A stretch of DNA of 58,977 nt from Camelus ferus (Eukaryota), in the NCBI RefSeq assembly GCF_009834535.1, contig NC_045697.1:121212001-121270977 (forward strand), given 5' to 3'. Each line of letters begins with the position of its first letter. The first letter of the stretch is position 1. Both the position numbers and the translations under genes were made by a program. A model generated the notes under the pieces. It did no database searches, had not been told where the DNA came from, and worked only from the letters and a program-made list of their open reading frames with translations. This document shows positions 36,460 to 51,223 of this stretch, piece after piece.

Positions 36460-37059
36460 TGAAGGAGAAAATATAAAATGGCTATCCTTAGGCTCAGTAA
36501 TTCTGGGTCTTAAAGAGGTCTGCAACTCTGACTGACTGGTCACTGCTCCCAGACCCACGCCCATTGTTGGAGTCAGAGCTATTGATTTCCCTGCTTGTTT
36601 GACCTTAATCTGGTAATTGCAATTTACAATCACGTTTGGAATTTTGAGACTATTCCCCCAAGAAAGGAGTCACAAGATGATAATCTCAGGAGAATGACCA
36701 GAACTCCTGAAGTCCCTCCTGGTGCCTGATGAGTCTGATCAGACAAGAGAAGATCATGGGCTAATAACCCTCCGGGTCACCAGAGAGCCCCATGTCAACA
36801 GATGTACGTGCCAAGGTACTGGAATAAGATTTACCAGAGAAACTTATTAATTGATATCTCCTCTTTTCCCCAATTTGTTCACTATATAATCACTAAGCCC
36901 CAACCCTTAGACAGACTCACCATTTTCAAGACAATAGCCTTCTGTAAGTCCTCCTTGTGTGGCAACTCAATAAAGCTGCCTCTTTTCTTCTAAGCTCCAA
37001 GACCGTGGCCTCTGAGTTACTTGGCCACACTAGGGCTAGGGCCTGATCTTTTGGCAACA
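36460..37059 (+). mobile_element. Solo LTR (ERV1-like) inserted in an old L1 3' end (~36080-37110)
   Basis: TG...CA termini (TGAAGGAG.../...TTTTGGCAACA), TATATAA at ~36883 and AATAAA at ~36970. Flanks ATTTC and CTTTC resemble a TSD. Confidence 0.7.
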
Positions 37060-37758
37060 CTTTCTTTCATCTTCCTGTAAAACTAATCTGTTATAAAATA
37101 TTTTTCATGGATAAAGGACTTGAGCAGGACTTTCTTTCTGAAAAATTTATATAAATGGTCACAATACGTAAAACACATTCAACATCATGAATCATAAGAG
37201 AAATTAACATTAAACCCTGAGATAGTGCTACAGAACTCTAAGATATCTAGTAGCAAAAAAACAGCAGCAACCGTGGTGGCAACAAAGCAAAGCAAAGAAG
37301 GAGTAGGGGAGGAGAGGAGAAAGAAAATTACAGATGTTGGCTGTGGGTAGCAAACACCTCAGTCCTCAGTCTGTTTGCTGAGGGATATGAACTGCGGCAG
37401 CCATTGTTAAAGGAAAAGATTGATTACTCACCTGTCAGTTAAGCATCAACCTGGCATCCCACCCTCTATGGCTTGTTAGTGAGGTCCACAAGTTTTGTGG
37501 GTTATTAAAGGCAGAAATGTAACCAAAATTTGGCAGTAGTACACAACAGGCTTTTCATCAACGAGACCCATTCGCAGTTTTACCTGGGATGGGAGAAATT
37601 CTTCACTATGAATTAATGGAATAGGACAAGGGAACTTCTAGTGACAAGAGAGAAAACTGAGGGTTGTTATGTGTCTAAGTTAACATCCCTCAAGCAGGAA
37701 TATGGACAATCTCTGGGTTCAACTCTGGAAAAAGAAAAAAAAAAAAAGCAGGAACAAT

Positions 37759-37858
37759 NNNNNNNNNNNNNNNNNNNNNNNNNNNNNNNNNNNNNNNNNN
37801 NNNNNNNNNNNNNNNNNNNNNNNNNNNNNNNNNNNNNNNNNNNNNNNNNNNNNNNNNN
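37759..37858. other. Assembly gap (100 N, true size unknown)
   Basis: Run of exactly 100 N. Confidence 1.
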
Positions 37859-39959
37859 TTCCTCACCCACTACCCCAAAATAACTTCTTCTCATCCCATA
37901 CGAATAACTGTATTGCATTCTAATAAATTTACTTGTTAGAATCAGAGTTTGTCCACAAGGACAGTGCCATAGCAAACATTTAAAGAAGGTTTATAAATCC
38001 CAAATAACTTGTGCCCCTTCTAACCTTCACACAGGAAGTATCTAACATGTACTAGCCCCTTACATGGGGTGGTTGTATTCAGTAACCAAATTGAAATCTA
38101 AAATGTGTGGACTAGAAGGAGTTGAGGGTGGTCAAATTAAAAATTTGTCCAAATGCAAGAATACCAAATTTCTGCAGATAGTAGGAAATATAAAATATTC
38201 ATGGAAGACTTTGACTATTTTCCATTAATTTAAAATAAATGATGAAGCATTTTCAGAATGTGAAATGCCCTGAAATGCTGGAAAAATTGTAGGCAAGGTC
38301 AGGGAGCTTAAGGCTTCTGCTCACAATCATGCAGCCATTTCAGCTAATAAGACTGGAATGGCAATATTGAGTCCTGAAAATGTGTCACCAGTTGTGAAGA
38401 AAGCCTTTGATAATCTGGAGAATGGGCAAAATGGTCAGGGTAAACTCTAGCCACATCCCACCAGTAAACCTTTACCAAGAGAAGAAAATAACCCACTTGC
38501 AGCAGAAGAACTGTGTCTTGACAGCAGTGGTTTTTCCTACAACAAAATCATCAAGCTTTAAATTTGTCAGCTGAACTCTTATGGTGGCTATATTTTTGTT
38601 TACATTAGCAGTCTGGGGTTCAGATATGCTGCTTCTGCAGCTACTTTCCAGATCTCTTATCAGACAGTGTCTTACTATGATCATCTTAACACGGTTCTAT
38701 ACTGATAAGTCAAAAGCTACAGTTTACATTCAAAATTAGAAGTCGTAAAGAAGAATATTGTTTGTTTGTCCATCTGTAGTTTTCAACCTGGGAAATCTAG
38801 ACTATTGGCAAAAGTACAAGTGTTGGCTGGTGCTTTGAAAACTATACTCTGAGCTCTGTCCACTGAATTCTTCCCACTAAATACACAAATCTGTCTACCA
38901 GTGTGTGTGAAGATGTATTGTTAAGCAGTAACTAAGTTTGTCTTATTTACTCATCAGTGAACTATTTTTCTTCATCTGGCAGGATCTCTGTGAATTAAGA
39001 GATCCATTGAGCCAGCAGAATTTCTTCAGATCAGGGAAAAGTAAGTTATATTTCTCCCAGTATACTAATTGTTAACTCTTCACTGAAACACGAGTTGATG
39101 CTAGGTCCTAGCCACTGAATCCTTGAATTGGACTGATGCATACACTTTCTCCAGTCCCCAGAGCCCAGCACAGGACTGTGTCTCCTTTTTAACTTAAGCT
39201 TACGTCTAAATTTTTTTTTCTTTTAATTCTCATTGTTGACGCAACTTATCTTGGCTTTGAATACCCCTTGACTAATTTATTGAGACTGACCCAATTACTT
39301 ATTCACGTTCACCTAGAAATTGCAATAAAATTTCTTTCCTTGGACTACCTGGAGTAGAGTGAGCATAGTTATCATTTTGAAAGCAGTCCTCAGTCCTAAT
39401 AATGCAGAACTTTTACACTTCTTTGCCCAGCACTTGAGCAAGTATGTTTGTTGTGGATCTCAGGGATTATCCTCACATCCCCTATTGCAACCATGGGAAA
39501 ACACCACATTGTTATGCAAAATCAAGTCTTTGTCAGTATTGCATTCCCACTGCCAAACAATTAAGAAGTGTATGAGTTCTGAGATTTACCATGCTGAGAT
39601 ATTTAGCAACCGAGCACGTTCCTTTCTTGTAGATGCTGTCGGGGAGATGAGACCCTCGGTCAGAGACAGTGAACTTTATCACCCACAGTAAAAGCGGCCA
39701 GGGTTAAATTTTGTACCTATTCCCTAATCTCAGATGAATGCACAGTGTAAAATTTTGATGCCTACAGAAGAAGTTGGCTGTTATCAAGAAGAAAGTTTAA
39801 GTCATGGGCAAACACTAATTTTATTAGTATCTTTATGTATTATTTATTAGAATCACTTATTTATTAGTATCTTTACCTAGGATAAATACATCAAGACTGA
39901 AGTTTACTTGCTGCAAAAACAATCATGAGAAATATCATGGAAAAAATGATCATTGCCTT

Positions 39960-42900
39960 TCCATTTTTCCTTCCACTTTTATTGAGATATAATTGGCATA
40001 AAACATTGTGTAAGTTTAGGTGCACAGGAAAGTGGATTTGATTTTACATGCATCATGCAATAAATATCATAGCAACTTTAGGAGGAATTCATTATCTCAT
40101 TTAGATACAATATTAAGTATATACAATTTGGTTTTTGGTTGTGATAGAAATCTTATGGTCTACTCTCTTAACAACATTCATATATAACATAATCAGTATT
40201 AATTGTACTTATATTTAAAATTTGACTCCTAGAACACGTTGATTTTATGGCTGAGGTCTTGTACCTTTGAAGTGCATTAATCTAATTCTCCTTTCCCAAA
40301 ACCCTGCCTCTGTTAACTACAAATCTGATTTTGTTCTATAATTATTTTGTTTGTTTTGAAGTGTACTTTAATCTATAACCTATGTAGCTTCTGTTACACA
40401 ACCTACTCTTACTATCATTTATACATTTCAAACTGACCACCCAGAATAAATGTAGTTATGATACGTTGTTATTCAAGATATTTCATAGTAATTGACTATT
40501 CCCATACAGTACATATCTTGTCCTTGACTCATTTAATTTGCAAGTTGAAATTTTCTCTCCTAAGTTTCAACTGTTTTCTTTTTCCTCACCCATTTCCCTC
40601 CTTCTGTTGAACACATGTTTCTTTCTATATCTATAAGTACTTTTCTGTTTTGTTATGTTCATTTGTTTTTTAAATTCCAAATATGAGTAAAATCATTAAC
40701 ATTTGTCTTGTCTGACTTATTTCACTTAGCATATTACCCTCTTGAATCTACAAATTGTTGCAAATGACAAGAACATATTCTTTTAATTGCTGAGTAGAAT
40801 CCCAATTGTATTTTTATGTGTGTGTGTGCATCTATCTATCTATCATCATCTATCTATCAATCTATCTATAATATAGTTAAATCTGTAGTTAATAGATGGG
40901 CATATATATATAAACTATAAACACTCATCTTCTTTATCCATCATCTATTGATGAGCAATTAATTTGCTTCTATTTCCTGGCAATTGTAGAATATTCTGCA
41001 GTGAAAATAGGTTTGAATTCATCTTTTCTTATTAGTGTTTTTATCTTCTTGAAATAAGTAAGCAGATATGGATTTTTTGGATCATATTTCATTTTTAATT
41101 TTTAGATAAAACTCCATAGTGTTTTATCATAGTGGCAGCACAAATTTACATTCACTCCAGCAGTGCATCAGGGTTCTTTTCCTTACATCCTCAACCACAG
41201 TTATATTTGTTATCTTTCTGATAATAGTCATTCTGACAGGACTGACATAAAATCTCATTTTGTTTGGACTTGCATTTTTCTGATGGTTAGTGATGTTGCA
41301 CATTTTCATGTACCTGTTGGTTATCTTTCCCCACCGTATATTCATTTTTTTGTAATGGGCTAAATGACCATAATTTTCAGATTTCATGTTTACGCACTCT
41401 GTTGTGTTCCATTATTCTGTTTGTTCTGTGCCAGTAGCATATTCTTTTTATTACTGTAGCTTTGTATTCTAGTTTAAAATCAGGGACAGTAATGCATCCT
41501 CTTTGTTCTTTCTCAAAGTTGTTTTTGTTTGTTTGTTTTCTTTTCTTTTATTTTTTTAGTGATTTGAACACTTATGTGTTTATATGTAAATTTTAGAATT
41601 ATTTATTGTAAGTGTCTGAAAATGCCCTTGGTATTTTGATAGGCACTGAATTTAATTTGTGTATTTTCTTGGTTAGTACTGTCATTTAAACAATAATTTT
41701 TTCATAATCTATGAACACAGTATATCCTTTCATCTATTTGCATTATCTTCAATTTTTTATAAATATTTTATAGTTTTCTGAGTACAGGTCTTTTACCTCC
41801 TTGGTTGGATACATTTCTAGATAGTTTATTTTTTTGTAATGCAACTGTAAATGAGACAGTGCTGTCACTTTCTCTATCTGTTAGCTTGTTATTGTGTAAG
41901 AATGCAAGATTTCTGTATATTAATATTCCATTCTGAAATTTTACCAAATGCATTGATAAGCCCTAGTAGTTTTGTTGTGCCATCATTAGGATATCTGTTT
42001 AAAGTATGTCCTCTGCAAACAGATACTTTTACTCATTTTCTTAATTGGCTATATTTTACTTACTTTTATTTTGGATATGTATGGCTGGAATTTCCAATAC
42101 TATTAAATAAAAGTGGTAAGAGAGAGCATTCTTGTCTTCTTTCTGCTCTTACAGGAGATGCTTTCAGCTTTTAATCAGTGAGTGTCATGTTAGCTGTATT
42201 CTTGTCACTTATGACCATAAATGTGTTGAGGTATGTTTCCTCATGCCCACTTTGAGGGGAAATATAATCATAAATAGATACTGATTTTGTCAAAACATTT
42301 TATGACACTATTGAGGTGACCGTATAATTTTTATTCCTCAGTTTGTTAGTGTGGTGTATCATATTGATTAATTTGTAGGTATTGAATCAGTTTGGCATCC
42401 CTGGAATAAAATGGACTTAATCATATTGTATAATCCTTTTAATGTATTGTTTGGCTTGCTAACATTTTAGTGATGATTTTTGCATCTGTGCTTATCAGTG
42501 TTTAACCTGTAATTTTTGAAGTATTTGTTCCAGTTTTAGTAGTAGTGTGATATGGAAAGTTGTGATAGGAAGCCTTCATTCGTCTGCAAAATTTTGGAAT
42601 ACTCTGAGAAGTATAGGTGATAGCTCTTCTCTAAATGTTGGGCAGAAGTCAACTGTGAAGCTGTCTAGGACTGGAATATTGTTTCTTGGGAGATTTTGTT
42701 TAATTACTTATTCAATTTCATTAGTGATAATCGGTTCATATTTTCTATTTCTCATTCCATTTTGGAGCTTATGTCTTTCTAAGAATTTGTCAATTTTTTC
42801 TAGGGTTTCCATTTTATTGACGTATAATTTGTTGTTTCCTCTTATGATGCTTTGTATTTCTGTGATATAAGCTGTAATTTCTCACTTCTTTCTGAGCTTA

Positions 42901-43310
42901 TTAATCTGTATTCTCTTTTTTGCTCATGAGTCTGTTTACAGTTTGTGAATTCTATTTGTCTTTCAAAAACCATTATTTGGTTTGATTAAATGTTTCTATA
43001 TTTAATCTTTATTTTATTTATTAATATTCTGATCTTTCAGGTTTCTTTCCTTCTACTAACAAGTTTGTATATTATTTTGTTACATCTTTTGGTTGAAAGA
43101 TTATGTTAAAAGAGAGATATGTTTCTTATTTGTATAAGTGGGATTATTTTGCTATAAACATCCCTATTAATACTGCTTTTGCTATGCCCCATGAACTTTG
43201 TTTTTTGTCATTTATCTTTATATATTTTTTCTTTGATTTATACAGCAATCCATTGGTTGTTTAATATTGTATGATTTATCCTCCACATTTTAATATTTTT
43301 CTTAGTTTTT
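39960..43310 (-). mobile_element. L1 (L1MA-like), 3' UTR and ORF2, degraded
   Basis: 3' end TTTTATTGAGATATAATTGGCATA..ACATTGTGTAAGTTTA, then reverse ORF2 motifs. ORF-track fragments such as RVGIYHxSPVRM-like 'FYVSPVRMTII' at 41127-41387. Confidence 0.75.
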
Positions 43311-43319
43311 TAAGTAAAT

Positions 43320-45010
43320 TTGTAGTCTCAGAGAATCCATATATTTCTTTACAAAACAAGGAGGCATATAATAAAATATATACAAAACTTGTAAGACCCA
43401 AATTTTCTGAAATAATCTTTGAAAAATTAAGAAAGCTGTGGGCATTATCCATGCTGACTTTAGAACATACTGCAAAGCTACAGTAATGAAATCATCAAAA
43501 TATGGCACTAAAAGAGACACATAGATCAATGGAAAAAACTAAGGAGTCCTAAAATAAACCCACACACTTATGATCAATTAGTCTACAATGAAGTAGGCAA
43601 GAGTATACAATGGAAAAAAGGCAGTCTCTGCAACATTTCGTTCTTGGAAAACTGGACAGTACATGTAAAAGGAAGATTTAACAGCACTTCCTTCCATACT
43701 ATACAAACTAAGAAACAAATGGATTAATTTTCTAAATGTTAAATCTGAAACTACAGAATTTCTGACCAAGAACATAAGCAGAACTAACTTTGAGGTAAAT
43801 CATAGCAATATTTATTTTTGATGTGTCTCCTAACAACAACAACAAAAAAATAAAAATAAACAAAACTAATAGTAACAGTTTATAGTTTGTTGAGGAAAAA
43901 ATAGATGGACTATGTGATACAAGGATTCTGCTTCTTCTACAAATATGAAGTGCAAAACCTTTTGCAGAGGAAAGGAAACCTTAAACAACACATATGACAA
44001 CACACACAATAGAAGGAAAAATTTCAGACAATGTGACCAACAAGGTGTTAATATTCATAATATATTATAGCATATTAGTCTCAATATTTAAAAAACAAAG
44101 ATCCCAACTTAAAAATAGTTGAAGGATCTTAATGGAAACTTTACAAAAACAGACATAGTGGATGATTTTTATGCGCATAAAAAGATAAATAACATTGCTA
44201 TTCATAAGGAAAACATAAATCAAAACCAGAATGAAATATAATCTCACAGCAGCCAAAATGGGTAATAACAGAAAGTCTACAAATGACAAACATTAATAAG
44301 AACGTCGAGAAAAGGGAACGAAGGTACACTGTTGGTGGAAATATAAATTGATGCATCCGCTATTTCAAAAGTGTGGACAGTGGTCAGAAAACTAGAAACA
44401 GAGCATTATATGTTGAAGCAATTCCAGCTTTTGTTATAAATCTGAAAAGAAATGAAAAAAATAACTTTAAATAGTACATTACCCCCAATATCCTTAACAT
44501 CATCATTTATTATAACCAAGGATACAAGCGCAACTCAACTGCCCATCAACAGATGATTGGCTGAAGATCATTTGAGATATATATATAATATAATAAATAC
44601 CTAGTCTTAACAAAAAATAAAATTCTGCCATTAGGAACAATGTGATTGGACACAGAGGAGGTTGCAAATAAAAAAAAAAGTAATACAGATAAAAACACTC
44701 TACTTTATCATTTACATGAGGAAACTAAAGATATAAGAGAAATAATCATACAAAGAAAAACAGAAACAGACTCATGTATATATGTGTAGTGTACCAAATA
44801 GTGTTTTCCTGTAGGGACAGGGAAGAAGGATGGAGAAGACAGAAATATGCAAGCTACTAGTTCTAAATTAGAGAAGCAACAGGGCTATATTTACAGCAAA
44901 GAAATATTTTCATAATTTAAAGACATTAAAGAGATTATACGCATGTATTATAGTAAAATGTGCATGTATGTGGGAAAAACATTGAAGAAAGAACCCAGGA
45001 AAAACTGAAA
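43320..45010 (+). mobile_element. L1 ORF2 C-terminal part and 3' UTR, degraded
   Basis: ACATACTGCAAAGCTACAGTAAT, ACACATAGATCAATGGAA, TACACTGTTGGTGGAAAT, CCATCAACAGATGATTGG. Confidence 0.75.
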
Positions 45011-45149
45011 ATATTCTGTAGTACTATAAAATTAAAGGAGGTGATTTGTTCACTTTCTTTACTGTTCTTATAATGTCTTAGAAGAATTTAAGCTTTTAAA
45101 TGAAAAAGTATATACTTTTTAAAAAGTGACATAAGTTTAAAATTATTTT

Positions 45150-47135
45150 TGCCTCTCCCCTTAAATCTACAGACAGTAAAACGTTCACATCTCAACAAAA
45201 ATAACTACAACACAAAACAATACTCCAGAATGTATGTGTACAGCTGAAGTGTGGTGGACTAAAACAAATAAAGGAGGCTGAATTGAGGGAAGAGCAGATT
45301 TGATGCCTGCAACCAAGGCCCACTGACTAGGGTATCTGAGCCCACATGTTCAGAGGACCCAGTAGAAACAGGGTCTCTGTGGTTCACACAGCTTTGGCCT
45401 CCAACTGCACCAGTACTCGTGTTTACAGTTAACTATGAGGAAGCCACAATGGAGACAGAAATTCCATCTTTCAGACACTCAGACATTCATGACACTGTCC
45501 CTAGTCCCCATTCACAGTGGTGGAGACAAGATACCTTGCAACACTGGACATGGCAAAGGCACTTGCCTGATACCAACTACCCACCTGTCTTTACACATTT
45601 CCTCAATGTGTACAGTGAGTCACAAGGGATATCAAATAAAAAGAAGGGTTCCCCATCCCAGTGACAACAGTGGCATTAACTACCAGAGAAGTCTAAGAAG
45701 TGACAATGAAAGCACATCTTTTATCCAGACAGTAGCGATGGGAAATTGTAATTTTGAAGTATTATCAGTGGTAGCTCAGGTAAGTAAAACAAAAAATTGT
45801 GCAATATTGCAAACTACTAGAAAACTAAAGCAAGGACTCCAACTCCCAATCTGTTATTTAGTGTCATCAGATCAATAATTTAAAAGATCATGACCAATCA
45901 CAGTAACATTATAGGGCACGCACACACGCAGATACACAGACACAGAGACAAACACACACACACACACACACACAATGACAACCCTCAAGCAAACTTAAGC
46001 TCATGGAATATTGCCATATGACTAATAGAGAATTCAAAATAGGTGTCATACAGAAACTCAATACATAAATCAAAACTCAGAAAGCAGTTTAGTGAACTCA
46101 GGAATAAATTAAATGATGATAAGGAATACATAACCAAAGAGACTGAAACCATAAAATAAGCAAACATTATTGGAAGACCAGAAGAGCTTAATAAATGAGA
46201 TGACGAATGCAACAGAAAGCATTTTAAGTAGACTGTCTTTGTGGAAGACAGATTAGCAAACTCACCAATACAAAACTAGAAATGATAGGAGAGGGCAGAG
46301 ATACAACAGTATTAAAAAGGAGGAAATTCTACAATAGCCATCAGACTTCTTCAGGAAGCGCACATTAGAGTGAAATCCTAGTGGGAGAAGAAAGTAGAAG
46401 GCAGCTGATGGTTTATTTAAAGAAGTAATAGTCGATAACTTCCCTAATCTGGCTAAGGAGCTGATACATAAGTCCGTGAGCCAACAAAACACAAATAACT
46501 TTAAGGCAAAGAGACCTCCTTCAAGATACATCATATGCAAAATGGCAAGTCAATGACAGAGTAAAATTTTAAAGGCAGCTAAAAAAATTTATGATAATCT
46601 ACAAAGGAACCCCATTAGGCAACCTGCAGGTTTCTCAGCAGAAAACATAGTCCAAGGGTTAATAAAATGACATTTTCAAACTACTGACATATGAAATCTC
46701 TCACCCAAGAGTACTCTACCTTGCACAGTTATCACTTAGATACAAAGTGAAAATAAAGACTTTACCAGACAAACAAAACCTGAATGAGATGAAAAACAAA
46801 ACCGAGACACCTTACAAGAGATGTAGAAAAGAGCTCTTCTAAGAAAAATAAAATGGCAAAAATATGCAAAACATTGACCAAAATGCTAAGTAGAAACCAT
46901 GAAAAAGCTGCAACTGTTTATTTGGGTTTGTTTAAGATACTACTATGCTCTATGGATGAAAGAGGGAAAAATAGGAAATCAGTGGCAATAAATATAGATA
47001 TATCAATCTGGTAATGTCCTCACAACAGCAAAAGTAATAATTTGAGACAGTAATCAGAAAAGGTAAAGAGTAAAATAAAACAACATTAAAGGAAGTTGCT
47101 ATGAGAGGAAAAATGACTAAATTATACATGAGATG
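45150..47135 (+). mobile_element. L1 5' UTR/ORF1 remnant with (CA)n at ~45930-45973
   Basis: AGAGAATTCAAAATAG, TTTAAAGGCAGC..AAAGGAACCCCATTAGGC..TTTCTCAGCAGAAA, AAATAAAGACTTT.CCAGACAAACAAAA. Confidence 0.7.
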
Positions 47136-47139
47136 TTTT

Positions 47140-47509
47140 ATTTTAAATGAAGTACAGTAGATGTACTATATTGTGTAGTTTCAGTTGTACAGCATGGTGA
47201 TTCTAACCACTTTGTAGATTATATTGCATTATAAATTATTACAAGTTATTACAATAATTGTAACATACAATTATTATATTTTATTGGGCATAATTCCCTG
47301 ATCAACATGTGTACAGATTACACTTGTTGCTTATCTCCTTTATGTATACTACTTTGTATCTGTCAATGTCCTACCATTAAATTGTCTTTCCCTTCCCCTT
47401 TGGTAAACATAAATTTTTTCCCATATGTTTGAGTGTGCCTCATTCTTGTGTATCTAATCTCTGTATCTCTCAATCTCTCTATCTTTCTATCTCTCTATCT
47501 CTCTATTTC

Positions 47510-47566
<57 letters not shown>

Positions 47567-50500
47567 GTATCTTTCTATCTTTCCATCTATTTATCTGTCA
47601 TCTATTGGTTGATAGCTATAGATAGATGTACACAGATATTTGTTATTCTTTAAATTCCACATATAAATTATTTTATATACATTTGTCTTTGTCTAAGTTA
47701 CTTCACTAAGCATTATATTTACTAGACGCATTCATGATTTTGAAATAGCAATGTTTTATACTTTTTCATGGCTGAGCAATATTCCATTGCATATTTATAG
47801 AAACATCATATCTTCTTAAGTCCATAGTCTATTGTGGACTATTTGATTGCTTCCCTCTCTTGCATATTATAAACAGTGTTGTTGTGAACTTTGGCTCTTC
47901 TCAATTTAGGAATTTTCCCGAGATTTTTCCTAGGAGAGTTATTACTGGGTCATATGGTAGTTCCATTTTTAGTTTTTAAACAAATCTCAATACTTTTTTC
48001 CATAGAAGTTGTACCAATATACATTACTACCAAGAATATTCAAGAGCTTTTTCCTCCACATCCTCTCCAACACTTACTATTTGTAGACCTTTTGATAATT
48101 GCCATTTGACCAGTGTGAAGGGATACCTCATTGTGGTTTTGATTTGCAATTACCTAAAGTTAGTAATGTTGAGCATTTTTATCACTTGCCTGTTACTCAT
48201 CTATAAGTTTTCTTTGGAAAAATATTAATTAGGGTACTCTGCTCTTTTCTTGATTGGGCTTTTGTTTTTCACATTGAGTTGTGTAGCCTAAATCCATGTT
48301 ATGTGTATTAACCTACATCAATTAACCCCTGGCCACTTGCATTGTTTGCAATTATGTTCTCCAGTTTCACAGGCAATGTTTTCATTTCATTGATAGTGTC
48401 TTTAGCTGTGCAGAATTTTTCAAGTTTGTTTAGGTCCCACTTGCTTAATTTTGCTTTTATTTCTTTTGCATTAGAAGACTGATATAAGAAAATATTCCTA
48501 TGATATATACCTAAGAGGGTATCACCTATATTCCCTTCTAGCATTTTTATATTATCAGGTCTTCCATTTATGTCCTTAATACACTTGGAGTTTATTTTTG
48601 TATATGATGTCAGGGAATGCTCTAATTTCATTGTTTTACATGTAGATGACCAGCTTTCCCAACACCATCCATTGAAGAGGCTGTCTTTTCTTCCACCGTG
48701 TACTCTTGCCTCTTTTATCATAGATTCATTGATCATAGGTTTGTGGAATTATTTCTAGGCTCTCTATCTGTATTTATTGATTATACCTCTGTTACAAAGC
48801 CATGCTCTTTTTATTACTGTAGGTTTGTAGTATAGTAAGGTATCTGGGAGGGTTAATCTCCAGATTTTTTGTTGTATCTCAAGATCATTTTTGCAATTTT
48901 TAATGGTTTCATATAAAACTTAGAATTATTTTTTTCTAGTTCTGTGGAAAATACTACAGCTTTGTAACAAGAATTGCATTAATCTGCAAGTTTCTTTGTG
49001 TATTAATGCCATGTTAACAATATTAACTCTTTCAATCCAAGAACACAAGACATCTTTCCATTTCTGTGAATCATTTTTAAATTCTTTGTCAATTTTTTAT
49101 TATTTTCAGTGTGTAGAACTTTCACATATGTGGATACATTTATTCCAAGATATATGGGGGGATGGGATAGTAAATAGTATTGCTTTCAACATGCACTTTA
49201 TGGTATCTCATGATTAATGTGTAGAAATGCAAGAGACTTCTTTACATTTATCTTGAACCCTGCTCCCTTGCTGAAATTATTTATAGTTCATAATATTCTG
49301 TGTTGAGCCCTTAGGACTCTCTATGTAGATTGTTATATCATCAGTACTGGTGACAATATTGCCTCTTTCTTTCCATTTTGCCTTTCTTTTACTTCTTTTT
49401 CTTTTCCTTTCTTCTATTACTATTAAACAGAAGTGGTGAGAGTAGGAATGCTTGTCATGTTCCCGAATTTACCCAGAAGGCTTTAATCTTTTCCCACTGA
49501 CTATTATAGATTGCTATAAATGGCCTTTAGTATGTTGAGTGATTTTCCTATTGTACTCACTTTCATGAGAGCTCTGATCATGAATGGATGTAGAATATGG
49601 ACAAATGTTTTTCTGTGTGTATTGACATGGTCCTGTGAATTTTGTCCTCCCTTTATTAGATATGTATCATGCTGATTGATTTGTGTATGTTGAACCATCC
49701 TTGTGACTTTGGATGGAATCCAACTGCTCATCATGTATAACCCTTTCTATGTATTGCTGGATTAATTTGTTGATGTTTTATTGGGGAGTTTTGAATGTAT
49801 ATTCATCAAGATATTGGCTTTTCATTTTCATTTTTTTTTGTAGTGTCTTTGACTGGATTTGTTATCAGGGTAATGGTGGTGTCATAGAATATCTTTGGGA
49901 ATTTTCCTTCCTCCTTCATTTATTGTAATAGTTGGGGGGAAAGAGGTTATAATGAATGCATCCAGGCATTTTGTTCAAGGGGTCTTTTTAAAATTATAGA
50001 TTTTATTTAACTTATACTGATTGCTGTTTTCAAGTTTTCAGTTTTCTCTTTATTCAGTATTGGCAGGCTGTATGTTTCTAGAAATTTGTCCATTTCTTTT
50101 AGGTCGTCCAGTGGTTGTCATATAACTGCTCATACGGCTTTCATAATTTTTTTTGTATTTCTGTAATATCAGATGTTATTTCTACTCTTTCCATTCTTAT
50201 TTTGTTTGGGTCCACCCTCTGTATTTCTTGATAAGCATGGGTAAATGCTTATCAATTTGTTAGTAATTTTAAGAAAAAATGTTCTTGATTATATCATTTT
50301 TAATTTATTTTTTATTTTTATTTTATTTATTTTCAAACTAATCATTAATGATTTCTCATTCTACTGCCTTTGGGTTTTGTTTGTTCTTATTTCTAGTTAT
50401 TTTGGGTGGTAAGCTTAGTCCTTTGTGTGAGGTTTTTCTTGTTTCTTGTAGAAGGCCTGAAATGTTCTAAACTTCCCTCTTAGATTTGTCTTTGCTGCAT

Positions 50501-51220
50501 CCCATACAATTTATGAAGCTGTGTTTTCATTGTTGTTTGTCCCCAGATATCATTTTATTACCTCTTTGATTTCATCATTGACCATTTTTTATTTTTTTAA
50601 AAGATGTGTTTTAATCTCATTTTTGTGCTTTTCCTGTTCTTCTTTCTAGAGTTGATGCATAGTTTCAGACTTTTGTGTATTGAATAATGTTTGCTGTCAT
50701 CTTTATTTGCTTAAATTTTCTGAGGCTCTTTTCATGACATAATTTGTGGTTAATTCCTTAGATAACATCCTGTGCACGCTTGAAAAGTTTATGTGTTCTG
50801 CTTTTCTGATGCAGTGTCCAATAGCTCAGTTAGGTTGAAATGATCTAATATGCTATTAAGACCTCTGTTTCCTTACAGATATTCTTTCTGGATGATCTGT
50901 CCATCAGAATATGAGGTGTTAAACTCTTTTAGTATTATTGCTTTATAATGAATTAATTCCCTACTGTCTACTAATATTTGTTTTTATATTTAGGATCTAT
51001 AGTGTTGGGTCCATATATAAGTTAATGAGTGTAATATCCTATTTTTATAATGATCTCTTTTTCTTTATATAATCTCATATTAAACTTTCATTGTGGCCCT
51101 TGTTTTAAAACATATTTTGTATGATTTGAGCATTGCAATCTGCACTTTCCAGTCATTTCCATGAAATAGATTTTCCACCTATTTCCAGGTGTGTATATCT
51201 TCCACCATAAAGTGAGTCAT
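47140..51220 (-). mobile_element. L1 3' UTR through ORF2, degraded, with (ATCT)n at ~47509-47566
   Basis: Minus-strand ORF 48308-48736 (KDSLFNGWCWESW..YTKINSK..KWDLNKL) is an L1 ORF2 C-terminal fragment. Confidence 0.8.
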
Positions 51221-51223
51221 TTT

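Noticed and set aside
38990..39040. Resemblance of IEPAEFLQIRE to PP2A B56 (IEPSEFVKI.E)
   Set aside because: Only about 11 residues match, the flanks do not continue the similarity, and there is an in-frame stop just upstream.
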